Shown piece after piece: positions 31,692 through 42,537 of a stretch of DNA of 64,000 nt. The notes under the pieces were generated by a model. It had not been told where the DNA came from and ran no database searches. It worked only from the letters and a program-made list of their open reading frames with translations. The stretch is from a virus (Duplodnaviria > Caudoviricetes), in the IMG/VR virus record IMGVR_UViG_3300013137_001132, positions 650-64,649 of that record. One strand, written 5' to 3'. Numbering within the stretch: position 1 is the first letter of the stretch; every line of letters starts with the position of its first letter. The position numbers were made by a program, and so were the translations under genes.

Positions 31692-32775
31692 GTATCTGTA
31701 AGCGAAAACGTTACAGCCCCACATGAGCGAGAGACTAGAGGCGGGGGCGGACGGCGACAGGTTGACTGGTACAAAGCCCAGCGTGAAACCGGCTTAGTCC
31801 CGAACGGGCTGGCATCGTTGGCAACGTTTAGGAACGGCGCGACGGGATAGCATCCCCGAACGTCAGAACCTAGACATGGGTGTCCTTAACAATCACATAG
31901 GCCGATATAGGATTATATCGTGATGACATAACATACCATCGGCCGGCAGGGGAGAAATCCACACGTTGCGCCCCTGTCACAGTCTACAACATCAGTGTTG
32001 CGGATTGTAAGAGGCGCGGAACGTCCGCGAATAATGGAGATGGAGGATGAAGATGGATACGGCACGCTTTATCGCAGATGGACACGCAGTAATCGACATC
32101 GTTGACGACGCGTCGGGTCAGATACTCGCCCTGGCGGGAGATACAGTTGATATGGACATACTCGCCATGTTCCGCGCGGCAATCGTCACGCCTGAGACCA
32201 CATACCTGATTGACTAGCGCCGTCCGCGATAGATCAACGGGAGGTGACAACAATGAGAACTGAACTTGTAAACGAATGGTACTACTACCGCCTGACCGTC
32301 TACGCATTCGGGCGCATGTTTGTAGCAACGTGGTGGCGGTACCACCGCAACGACGGCCATAGATTCACGACCTACGTCATCTAGCGCCGGCGCGGCGCTC
32401 TGTCTACACAAAGAAGCCCACCATGCTACTCGCTCTTATCGTCGGGTGCGTCATCATACTGCTGGGCGCGTGGGCGCTGGCAGTCAACTGCTATGGAGGA
32501 TGAACATGAACCGCAAACTTCGCCCATGGCAATATGTTCGCAACGTCGCATCAATCCGCAATCTCCCGCCATACTGCGAAATTAGCGACGACTTTGACGG
32601 CAATCCCATAGTCACGCCCAACAAATGGGACGCGCTGTCAGACTGCCCTAACATTGACGATGTACCAGATAACTTTCGCGGCTTTGTCGTCAGCGTGTCC
32701 GACCACGGAAACGTATCGCTGCTAATGCGTTTCCGCAATGGCAATACCCGCGAGATATGGGGCGTCGTATAGCAC

Positions 32776-32840
32776 GCCGAATCGCCGCACCGCGCGGCGA
32801 CTGTCGCGGATGACAACCGCGGCACTGATGAGGCAAGTCA
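32776..32840 (+). ncRNA. Type II hammerhead ribozyme, U15.1-A16.1 variant
   Basis: GCC-GAA-[TCGCCGC/GCGGCGA]-C-[TGTCGCGG/CCGCGGCA]-CTGATGA-GGC; loop TGAC can pair with downstream GTCA; intergenic. Confidence 0.75.
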
Positions 32841-33175
32841 CACAGGGAGGGCAGATTATGCTTAAGGCACGCCCAGAGATTGACGCGATGATCGAGCGAT
32901 ACATCCAACTACGCGATACAGCCCGCGAATGGCTCTACTATCGCGGCCCACTACCGAAAAGGCAGGCTACCCACGCTTGGCACACATGGGAGAACGCGGC
33001 CAAGAAGCAGCACGCGGAAATCATGGAGCAGGTTGACGCGTACCACGCATACGGCAATAGATGCCATTCCGCTACCATCGCCAGCGCGATGCACGCCGCG
33101 GCCGTTGACATACTGCAAACTCTAGCACACCTGGACTAGGCCCACCCATAAGCGAAACCCATAGGAGGAAACGAA

Positions 33176-33442
33176 ATGGAACGCATCACAAGTAAGGCCA
33201 TCACCCGCGCCGTGCATGACTTCTTGTGGGCGATCAACAAGCCCACCGCAACCGCCGACCGCGACGGATTCGCCATTGATAGTTACGCCCCTGGCGATGG
33301 ATGGACGCGCTACCGCCTCGTGTGGCGCGAGGCCAAGACCGGCGCGGAATACTCTATCGGAGGCACCACGGCATACATGAATGCCCGCGAGTTTGTGGCC
33401 GCCCTGCGCTTCGCAACCGCCATCCAGTATCTCGACAAGTGA
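33176..33442 (+). CDS. Early-region hypothetical protein
   Basis: RBS AGGAGG, one of many small coupled plus-strand ORFs at 32-38.6 kb. Confidence 0.6.
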   Translation: MERITSKAITRAVHDFLWAINKPTATADRDGFAIDSYAPGDGWTRYRLVWREAKTGAEYSIGGTTAYMNAREFVAALRFATAIQYLDK

Positions 33443-34491
33443 GTTGATCGGCCAAGAAGCCTTCTAGTCACACCCGCCCGCCGGTGGGCACGTACGCCGG
33501 CCGGAGACCGCCGAGCTCCAACCCCGTGAGTGAGGAGCCGGATACACGAAAGGAGACTGCTATGGCACGCGAATACTACGAAGTGACAATCCACCCGTCC
33601 GACGCCGGCTTTGGAGAATATGACGTATCGCCAGACACCGGCGACCACTACACCGACTTGTGCGATCTTATCGCCGACATCCGCAATAACGTCGGGGCAT
33701 TCTACATCCTGAGCGGCGGCGAAGTGCAAGAAATCTCCCGCTTCAGCGACGCCGAGATGCCGGCTGAGGCCGAGGACATCTGCGGCCGCATCCACAACGA
33801 GCCGCCCATCGTGCTTGTGTACACCGGGGCGCGCGCCGGCGACCTGCACTATGCCGGCATCGACTGGATCGATGCCTAGTCACCGACGGGGCATCCAATC
33901 ATAACCGATACAGGAGGCAACCCATGAACAAGAAACGCGACGAACGAAACTACTATATTGATAAACTGGCACAACTGCGCACCGGCAAGATCAAGCCAAA
34001 GGCAATCATCGGAACGGGATACAGGAATCCCCGCGAGGTCGCAGAACGCTGGCTTGCAGAACAAATAGCACGCTTCTCACAATAGCGAGGCAACACATGA
34101 CCACAACCTACAAGAAACTGACCCTATTGCTCAACCCTGCTGATGCGGAGAAGTGGAACCTGGTAGGCCGCATATACTCAGATACCGTACGCCACCCGCC
34201 CAAGACCAACATCGCGCTAGTCAGATGGATGCTCGACAAGGTGCTAGAAATGAAACCCGACTAGCGGATAGGGCCGCAAACAGAAAGGAGAGACACAATG
34301 TTGAACAAGTGGCCCAAACTTCAGATCACGTATTGCAAGCGATGCAGTAGGGCCATCGTCTCAACGATAGAAACCAATGCCCCACAAGCCAGGAGCAGGT
34401 GGGGTTCGATATGCGAGGACTGCCTGACTGAGCAAGAGAAATGGCAACAGACCACCGAGATCGGAAGGGAACTCGCAAAAAATGCACGACA

Positions 34492-35178
34492 CTAGGAGCG
34501 TTGCCCATAAACCGGATAGGGCCACTTGTCATTCTTAGACGCGTTGCAACTCCTGCAAATAGGGCGCAAGTTACATGGGTAATGCGCCCCTCCCTTAGAA
34601 AGAGGCTTGACATGATCCGTCTGGGTCGCGGGTTCTCCGCATATCCAGCAGCAATCGCCCCACATCTCCCAACGCGCCGCGATCATCGCAGCAGTAGTGT
34701 AATCCCATCCGGGAGCAGACAACTTGCGAGCCTTGCGCCTTGCCACATTCGCATTGACCTTATCCGGGTTATCGAGTCGCCACTGGCGATCTTTAGCGGC
34801 TATCTCTTCGGCGTGGTCAATACGATACTGGTGACGGTTGGCAGCAAGTTCTTCGGCGTGTTCAATACGGTACTGGTGATTGTAGGTCGCCACACCGTCG
34901 AGGTGGCCGAGCCGCCACTGTCGCCGGCCATCTCGCCTCTTCTCGGCGTGTTCGATGTCCCATCGGCGACTATACTCGCGCCGCTCTTCCAGGTGGTCTT
35001 GATTATACTGATGATGGCGAGCAGCGGTCTCTTCAACATGATCCATACGATACTGACGGCCGTACTCGCGCTGACACTCCTTGCACCAATACTGCAAACC
35101 ATCCGGGTTCTTGGCACACCTGTTAAATTCAGAGACGGGCTTAACAATGCCACAATGTGGACAACGCTTCTCATCCAT
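34492..35178 (-). CDS. HNH homing endonuclease with N-terminal Zn ribbon and helical repeats
   Basis: KRCPHC...WCKEC; HQYRIDHAEE repeats; CWICG...TDHVKPLSKGG...NLRPICRSCN. Confidence 0.9.
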   Translation of the reverse strand: MDEKRCPHCGIVKPVSEFNRCAKNPDGLQYWCKECQREYGRQYRMDHVEETAARHHQYNQDHLEERREYSRRWDIEHAEKRRDGRRQWRLGHLDGVATYNHQYRIEHAEELAANRHQYRIDHAEEIAAKDRQWRLDNPDKVNANVARRKARKLSAPGWDYTTAAMIAARWEMWGDCCWICGEPATQTDHVKPLSKGGAHYPCNLRPICRSCNASKNDKWPYPVYGQRS

Positions 35179-37342
35179 AAGATTCACCACTTCTTCACCT
35201 ATGAGATTAGGTTCAGCCAGGCGGTAGGTGAGCCGCTTTTCGGGGATCAACCTAGACTGAACCACAAACACAAAGAAAGGAGAAAACTTCACATGACCAT
35301 CGAGATAGGCCGCGAGTTGGCCGAACGGAGGGCACCATGACTTGGGAAAAGCGTAACGAACACTGGTCATCGCCTGAAACGCTTGTAACCGATCTCGCGC
35401 TCGACGGCGTGGTCGCGGTGCGGGTATTCGACAACATCAGTCGCCGTTACATGGCTAACGACATCTTCCGCGCCATCAACACTCACGATACACTCGTGGC
35501 GGCTTGCCGAAATGCGCTGCGGCTGTTGCCCCGTGACAGTACCGCATATAACAAGATGCGCGCCGCGCTCGTCGGGGCCACGGAGGGATGATATGTACGG
35601 AGAGTTCATCGTAAAACCGCAAGACGATTTCTACATCATCGAGAACCAGAGCGGACAGCGTATCGCCCTGTGCTGGAATGAGCGCATCGCGCAGGGCGTG
35701 GCTCGCGCGGTCAACGCGCACGGACATCTGGCGCATCTCATTCGGCGCATCGTGGACATATCCGAGAACGGCAAGCCGGGCACACGCTTCCAGCGCATCA
35801 ACGCGGCCATCGAAGACGCGATGCCGGCGCTCATTGAGGCTGGTGTCGTTGACGCTGCGGCCACGGAGGAACAGAAATGAGCACTGCGAGGCAAGAAGAG
35901 TTGACGGCACGACTTGAAGCAACGTTCGAACGCGCAAGAGAACTGGCTGACATCGTGACTCAAATGTGTGGCGCGCCGGCGACGAATGCGGGCCTCCGCG
36001 ACGCGCTCGATGCCATTGCAATTTTGGCAGACAGCGCGCAGGGTGATTGGGCCGGCGTTCAGATACCCTATGCGCCAGAATGGACGCATGGATACAAGAA
36101 TATTGCAGAATTCGCCCGCGCCGCCGCGCTCGCCGCGGCCACAGGAGAGACGCCATGAAACTGCTGCAAGAATACCGCATCACCCGCCGGCTGTATGCCG
36201 ATGACACCGACGGGCGCGACCCCGGAACCCATGCGCGATGCAGAGTCTACATGGAACTACTCGACCGCTACCCCGCAGACATTGTGCGCCGGCATCTACC
36301 ACGCATCGCCGCAATACTGGCACGTAATAAGTAAGGGCTATGGCCCGGAAAGGAATCACATGAACCAGATTGACTTCGAGGAGGTGACCGCCGCTGGTTG
36401 CGGACTGGCCTTCGGTCTCACAATCATGGTGGTCGCAGCCTTTGTGCTGTGGCTATTACTCAGGGTGATAGCATGAGGTACACAGCAATCACAGATCAGG
36501 AATGGGTCGCGAAAGCGATTTGTGACATCGCCCGCGGCAAAGGCTGCGGGGAATCCTTCGACGTGCTTCTAGCGCGCGGCTACGAAGTAATCTGTGACGC
36601 ACTCGCCGAACTCAATCAAGCGATGTCAGACCGCTCTTCGGGGATCAACCTAGACTGAACCACAAATACAAAGAAAGGGGAAGGGAACATGCTACAATCC
36701 GAGTTCGAAGCAAGGCTCGCAATGATCCCCGCCATCATCGAGGGGCGGGTCAACACGGAATACACCGTCGTACAACGCGAGCTGTGCAAGCTCATCATCG
36801 AAGAGGCTTTCGCGCTCTTGGAGAAGGTCAACAGTGGCAAAGACGGCAGTCTATAGTGTCATCATCCTGTTCGTGCTGGCGATTGTTCTCGTGCTGCGCC
36901 TTCCCGGTACGGCGACACCAAATGGACACACTTGGGAATCGTGGCATCCAGAAGTCCTGTTCCTGACGCATCCAGATTCTGAGTTCGCCTGTAAGTACAA
37001 TAACGGCGCGCAGTCTCTTTGGTTGCAGTGCGATCCGGAACAGCCTGGATGCCCACCCAAGTTCGGCGGCGCGTTCCTGACGCTAGGCGGCCTGCTCATC
37101 ACGGCCTTCATGGGCACCGCCCTATACTGGCTCAATGCCATCAAACGTGGTGGCTACGAAAAGGAAGAATGACATGCCAGACGCTATCTGCCTCTTCAGC
37201 CTCGGAGTGTTCGCCATCGCCGTCGGGCTGTTGCTGCTGTGTGACAGAGACAAGACGGCCAGAAGGAACGGCCTGTTATCACTCGCCTGCGGCATCGTAA
37301 TCGCGGGCGGCACCATCTGGGCTATGCTATAGGAGCTACCAT

Positions 37343-37747
37343 ATGTACGTAAATGAAATGACTCGCAAAGACTTCGCTGCCGTGCCGTGGCGAGAGAACT
37401 ACTCCGATAAGGTTGAATGCGACTTCATCGTAATTCTGCCGCAACGCAGCCGCCACGACTCAGGCTATCGCAACATGGACTTCGTTGCCTGTAGAGACAA
37501 TGAGCCGGTATGCCGCCTGTCCGGTTGCTCTGATGTCATTCATGTTGACGGCACCGGTGGATACGGATACAACTGGCTTGCAGAACACGACCGCGTACCC
37601 GATGGGGTTCGCCCTTCGGGGTGGTCAATCGACTGCCTGCCGAAGAGTGGGTTGCTCAGAATGTGGTCAACCAGAGGACACATGGTATGCGCCGGGGCAT
37701 TCTCGTCATTCGAGATTTTCGCCAAGCATGATCGCGGAAACAAGTGA
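37343..37747 (+). CDS. Hypothetical phage protein
   Basis: RBS AGGAG; HDSGYRNM...CSDVIH...WSIDCLPKSG. Confidence 0.6.
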   Translation: MYVNEMTRKDFAAVPWRENYSDKVECDFIVILPQRSRHDSGYRNMDFVACRDNEPVCRLSGCSDVIHVDGTGGYGYNWLAEHDRVPDGVRPSGWSIDCLPKSGLLRMWSTRGHMVCAGAFSSFEIFAKHDRGNK

Positions 37748-37760
37748 AAGGGGAGACATC

Positions 37761-38402
37761 ATGAAACTGTACAAGCTGACCAACGAGCACGACCAAACCT
37801 ACAACCACACACAGTGGGGTGAGGGCGTTACACACACCGCCCCCGGCACGGGTGAACTCTGTTCACCCAGCTACATCCATGCTTACACAGACCCCCTCCT
37901 AGCCATGTTAATGAACCCAATCCACGCGAACTTCACGTGTCCCCATCTGTGGAGAGCAGAGGGTAGCGTGGCGCTGGCCCGCCCAGACAAGGTGGGTTGC
38001 ACGAGCCTAACGACAATCGAACGCATGAAACTGCCCGCCATCACTACCGAGCAATGCGTCGGTTTCGCCATCCTGTGCGCCCAAGCCGTGCGCCACTTGC
38101 TTGATGATACCCACATGGAAACGTGGGACGCGTGGGCGGGGAGGTGGCTGTCAGGCAAAGACCGAACTCCACGCGCCGCAGACGCCGCCGCAGACGCCGC
38201 CACGCTGGCGAAACGCGCCGCCGTCAGCGCCCCTCCCGTCTCTGCCAGCCGCGCCAGGAGCGCCGCCGGCATCGCCGCATGCGCCGCCGGCATCGCCGCA
38301 TACGCCGCACGCGCCGCCGCATGCGGCGCCGCAGACGCCGCATGCGCCGCAGACATTGATCTTGTGACCCTCGCATACCGGGCGGTTGGCGAAACCCCGT
38401 GA
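37761..38402 (+). CDS. Phage protein with Ala-rich repeats
   Basis: MKLYKLT...TQWGEGVTH...LC...IHAY followed by an AADAA-type tract. Confidence 0.65.
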   Translation: MKLYKLTNEHDQTYNHTQWGEGVTHTAPGTGELCSPSYIHAYTDPLLAMLMNPIHANFTCPHLWRAEGSVALARPDKVGCTSLTTIERMKLPAITTEQCVGFAILCAQAVRHLLDDTHMETWDAWAGRWLSGKDRTPRAADAAADAATLAKRAAVSAPPVSASRARSAAGIAACAAGIAAYAARAAACGAADAACAADIDLVTLAYRAVGETP

Positions 38403-38615
38403 ACAAGCCACCAGATCACATCATCGCAGAAGTAAGCGCATGGGTAGAGGCATACCTGGCGCACACCGCAGCCCGCGAATGGGGTACTGCCAACGGGTGC
38501 TTTCTCTATCTCGCGGGTATGTACTCTATGGCACATCACCTGAAGGCGCGTTATCAGTTGTGGCTAAACACGATAATGAATGCCATCGTAGAAATGGAAG
38601 GGCTGGCAGCAACGA

Positions 38616-38969
38616 TCAACCTTCAACTACTTCAACAGTGATGCGTAGAAGGGGGGCGTCGTTCTTCTCAAGGTACTCAATCATCTTGCGGAGAATAGAA
38701 ACATCATCACGAGCATGACCGAGGGCGCTGTTGCAACGCAAACATAACAATCCCCTCACCGTCCCATTGGCATGATCGTGGTCTATGTAAAGACGCCTCC
38801 CATTCTCATTGGCACACCCGCAAATGGCGCATACACCACCCTGAGATTCCAGCATAGAGTTATAGCCGTCAACCACTTCGACCGTAACCTTCAGCAAGCA
38901 GTTGCCCATAGCTATCAAGGGCAATGCCCCCGACATCTCAGTAGCACTTACCTCAAACTGAACCCGCAT
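38616..38969 (-). CDS. Endonuclease VII-like (His-Me) protein, chimeric
   Basis: QGGVCAIC...IDHDHANGTVRGLLCLRCNSALG. Confidence 0.8.
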   Translation of the reverse strand: MRVQFEVSATEMSGALPLIAMGNCLLKVTVEVVDGYNSMLESQGGVCAICGCANENGRRLYIDHDHANGTVRGLLCLRCNSALGHARDDVSILRKMIEYLEKNDAPLLRITVEVVEG

Positions 38970-39375
38970 AGAGTCGCCACCGTCTTTGAGGGGATCAACC
39001 TATCCCCAAGCACAAGCGCTACGAGTCTATAGCTCGGATTGTTACCTCTAGCAAACAATTCTGAAAGGCAAGCAATGGAAGCGCCTGCCCTATCTCAACA
39101 GAGCTAATCTCAAGTTGGATACGCATGGTATCCGCTCCTATTTTGATCGCGCTTTGCGTTTGCGGCAAAATCGCATGGAATACAGCAGTCCGTTCCTTAG
39201 GTTGCTTCTCGTCCATTGTCTTCCTCCAAATCCTCTCCCCATTCCTCTATGACGCGCTTCCTTACAATCTGTGAAGCGCAGTCCACAACGTTGATAGCGT
39301 CAATTAGCGGAGCCCTCACCAAAAAAAGGTAGAAATCTCGCACGACATCTTCCAAAATATCCCCCATCTATCTCA

Positions 39376-39963
39376 CTACGCCGTTACAATTGGGTAGGGC
39401 CACTTGTCTTTCTTTACAGAATTACAGTGCCCGCAGATAGGGCGCAGGTTTGCGGGATAATGAGAGCCGCCCTTGCTCAACGGTTTAACGTGATCTGTTG
39501 CCGTCGCTGGTTCTCCGCAAATCCAGCACCTACCACCCCACATCTCCCAGCGCGCGGCAATCATATTGGCAGTAGTATAATTGTATCCCGGAGCACCGCG
39601 CTTAAACGCTCGACGTCTAGAGGTAATGGCTGAAATCTTCTCAAAATTACCGAGTCTCCACTGGCGGGCATGGGCCGCCACCTCTTCGGCATGGTCAAGA
39701 TACCACTGGTGCTGATATGCCTGTGTCTCTTCAGCGTGTTCAGCATAGTACTGGCGATGCCAAGCAGCCATTTCTTCCACATGGTCAGCACGATACTGGC
39801 GGCCGCGAGCGGCCTCTTCTTCGGCGTGCTCAATACAATACTTGTGCTTGCACGCCTTACACCAGATTTGCAAGCCGTCCTTACTTCTAGCTCTCTTACT
39901 AAACTCAGAGACGGGCTTAGTCTCCCCACAGCGCGGACAACGTTTCATACCATCAACAATCAT
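39376..39963 (-). CDS. HNH homing endonuclease, paralogue of 34492..35178
   Basis: Shares YTTA.MIAARWEMWG..CWICGEPAT.TDHVKPLSKGG.HYP.NLRPIC. Confidence 0.9.
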   Translation of the reverse strand: MIVDGMKRCPRCGETKPVSEFSKRARSKDGLQIWCKACKHKYCIEHAEEEAARGRQYRADHVEEMAAWHRQYYAEHAEETQAYQHQWYLDHAEEVAAHARQWRLGNFEKISAITSRRRAFKRGAPGYNYTTANMIAARWEMWGGRCWICGEPATATDHVKPLSKGGSHYPANLRPICGHCNSVKKDKWPYPIVTA

Positions 39964-40091
39964 ATTGCACCTCCTGTAAGTGCTCCTGAAACTAGGGCTT
40001 GCCAGATGACTCAGGATTGTCACCGTTCGCTTGCAAGGCTAGGCAAGCCCACGCTCTAAAAACCAACAATGTCTGTCACCGGATCGTTCAT

Positions 40092-40394
40092 CTATACCCC
40101 GTCCACGTCTGGCGCCACCAGATACTGTCTGAACTCTGATCCGTATACGTACCCGTATCGCTTGGCGAGTAGAGCGAGTAGCGCGGCAGTGTATCGCTTG
40201 GGATGCTTGTGGGCCTCGTCGTGGTGATACAAACACAGGGACGCGAGATTGTGTAGTGCGTTGACTGCCGCCAACGCCGCAGAGCGGTGAGCACAGTGAT
40301 GCACAGCGCCCGCAGCGCGGCCGCATATAACGCAAAGACCACCATCGCGACGCAAAGCCTTCTCATAGACGTTCACCGCGACTCTTCGCGACAC
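40092..40394 (-). CDS. Small HNH nuclease
   Basis: RDGGLCVICG...VHH...NLASLCLYHHDEAH. Confidence 0.7.
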   Translation of the reverse strand: MSRRVAVNVYEKALRRDGGLCVICGRAAGAVHHCAHRSAALAAVNALHNLASLCLYHHDEAHKHPKRYTAALLALLAKRYGYVYGSEFRQYLVAPDVDGV

Positions 40395-41075
40395 TTATCA
40401 CAGATGATAGGCAGGAAGCACATATATTCCAGTGTACACTTGGGACACAGATCGTATACCTCGCCAGCTAAGAAAATCTTAGACCACCCGCCGCCCTCTA
40501 CGCTGGCCCATACATCATCTTCATCGCCCTCTAGATGAAGATGCGCCTCGCACATGTCACATTGTACCACAATCTTACGTTCTACGCTACCGCTCACGTT
40601 ATTCTTTCTCCTTGTGCTCAGAATATCTTTCCGCGCTTAACTCCAGATAACTAATTGCGCTCTCGCTCTATGCTTCTTACTTTGCCTTTCTCTTGGTTGG
40701 CCCAATCATAACCAATATATCAATGCAACAGCTTCTGAATCGCAAACAACTCAGGGTTAACGTACATGCCACGTACCTGAGCATACAACGCAATGCAGGC
40801 CGTTATAGCCAGGGCAGACACCACGAATAGGAGCAACGCGATTTCCGTCTCGCCCTCTAGGCCCACACGCACCTCAAAGACAATGACAACAAGAGTAACG
40901 ATGCACAACAGAACCAATATCGCCAGATAACATCCGGCCTCGATTTTTACTTGTCGCAGCGCCGCATTCCACACGGTAGGCGCTACGTCCTCTAACAACC
41001 TCACCAGATCGGGCAACCCATCCATTGCTTATTGCTCCTTTGGATAGTCTCTAATTCCGGTTTTCCTCACAAAAA

Positions 41076-41420
41076 TTACGCAGACTTCTTGACCTTCTTC
41101 TTGCGTTTTCGCTCCGCGTTGTGTGCCCCGATAGACGACTCGACCTTCAGGTTGGAGGGATCGTTATTCTTTGGATTTCCGTCACGGTGATGGACTGGCT
41201 TTTTAGGCGGAGCCTTCACGACAGCACGCTCAAGCCTCACATAATTCCGTGAGTCGGCATTCTTATCGCCGGGACGCATTACCAGAATTCTGCCCTGCTC
41301 TTCGATAACACCCGCGCCCAGTCCGCTCTTGCCGGTCTGGCTATTCTTCAATCCGGCGCGCTTGCCCTTCTTCAGTTTCACCAGCGACTGTGCTTGTGTC
41401 TTGGCTTTAGCCTTCGGCAC
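41076..41420 (-). CDS. Basic HNH-like protein
   Basis: VHHRDGNPKNNDPSNL. Confidence 0.6.
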   Translation of the reverse strand: MPKAKAKTQAQSLVKLKKGKRAGLKNSQTGKSGLGAGVIEEQGRILVMRPGDKNADSRNYVRLERAVVKAPPKKPVHHRDGNPKNNDPSNLKVESSIGAHNAERKRKKKVKKSA

Positions 41421-41421
41421 G

Positions 41422-41917
41422 CTACTTCCCCTTCTTCTTTGGCTTTTTTCCGACAAGCACGTTCTCAAGAAAAAGCTCCTGCTTGCGCGCTTTCGGCCCC
41501 AGTTTTCCACTCCTTGCCGCCTTATGCTTCGACGCAGGAATCTTCTTGTCCGTTGCCGTACCCGTCGATTCATGTAGACCACCAGGTTGAAACGCAATCT
41601 TTTTCTGTCCGGGTTTATTCGGCTTGAGCGTGACTTTCTTTCCCATGCTATTTCCCCAACCACGGAGGCAACGTCCCCTTAGCAACAGGCTTCTTCACAG
41701 GCTTTTTCTTCGGCGTCACCTTAGCTTTTGGCTTTCCCTTCACAACGGCTTTCTTTTTCGCTACGGTCTTCTTTTTGCGCGGAGGACGATCAATCGTTCC
41801 ATCCGAGTTGATGGGACGAGGCGCGCGCTTCTTTGCCATCGGTGGCTTGCCAAACGGCATCATCGGCATCTCAAGCGGCATGTCACTCGTAGTCATCGGC
41901 ATCATCGGTTTCGGCAT
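41422..41917 (-). CDS. Two small Lys-rich basic proteins
   Basis: KKKTVAKKKAVVKGKPKAK; PGGLHESTG...KKIPASK. Confidence 0.55.
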
Positions 41918-42060
41918 CTATCAGTTCCTTTGCTTGCTATGTTCTCTCGGATAGGGCTTCGCTTTCCCTGAAAATCTATTGAATGGACAAAGGCAAAATC
42001 GCTTCGCGATTTTAGAAGGTATTCTTCGTAGTAGTCTAGGAGTAATCTCAGTAGTAATCT

Positions 42061-42148
42061 AGGATCGGTGACATCTGTGGCACGGCCTCTTAACATCTAT
42101 GTCACGACCCCTTTACTTCTGTGTCACTACCCCTTAACATCTATGTCA
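42061..42148 (-). repeat. Four 22-bp iteron-like direct repeats (origin candidate)
   Basis: tgacatagatgttaaggggtag / tgacacagaagtaaaggggtcg / tgacatagatgttaagaggccg / tgccacagatgtcaccgatcct. Confidence 0.65.
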
Positions 42149-42537
42149 ACGTGTGTTTCTTCGCCTAAATCGGTGATTTTGAGCACTTCCCTTGCATTCA
42201 AGTCAATGAACAGGCGGTTGTGCCACTCACCATTGTCGGTATGGAACCCCCGCGTTTTGAGGTCAATGAGTCCCGCCGCGCTCAGCCTATTGAGCGCGTC
42301 GCGCGCTTGCTTGTGGGTGAGGCCAAACTTATCCTCGATCTGCTTGTAAGAAAGGTTCAACTCATCAGAGCGAAACTTCTGATAGGTAGTCTCCCCATCC
42401 TCAATGGGACGAAACCAGTAGAATATCTCTGCGAGAAGTATGATTGCGTTTACGTCCGGCTTACCGCTTGGTAAGCGGATGTGTTCATACCATGAGGTCG
42501 GGATGATGTTGCCCGTCAATCGCACCCCCCGTAGCAT
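42127..42537 (-). CDS. Phage replication initiator N-terminal wHTH domain (apparently truncated)
   Basis: GNIIPTSWY...AIILLAEIFYWFRP...SYKQIEDKFGLTHKQARDALNRL; stops inside the iterons. Confidence 0.7.
   Translation of the reverse strand: MLRGVRLTGNIIPTSWYEHIRLPSGKPDVNAIILLAEIFYWFRPIEDGETTYQKFRSDELNLSYKQIEDKFGLTHKQARDALNRLSAAGLIDLKTRGFHTDNGEWHNRLFIDLNAREVLKITDLGEETHVDIDVKG

Noticed and set aside
38170-38352. GCCGCA-type repeats as a separate element
   Set aside because: They are explained by the Ala-rich coding tract of 37761..38402.
42040-42130. TAG stop-codon reassignment explaining the truncated initiator
   Set aside because: The TAG is followed immediately by TGA, and many clear genes in the window end in TAG.
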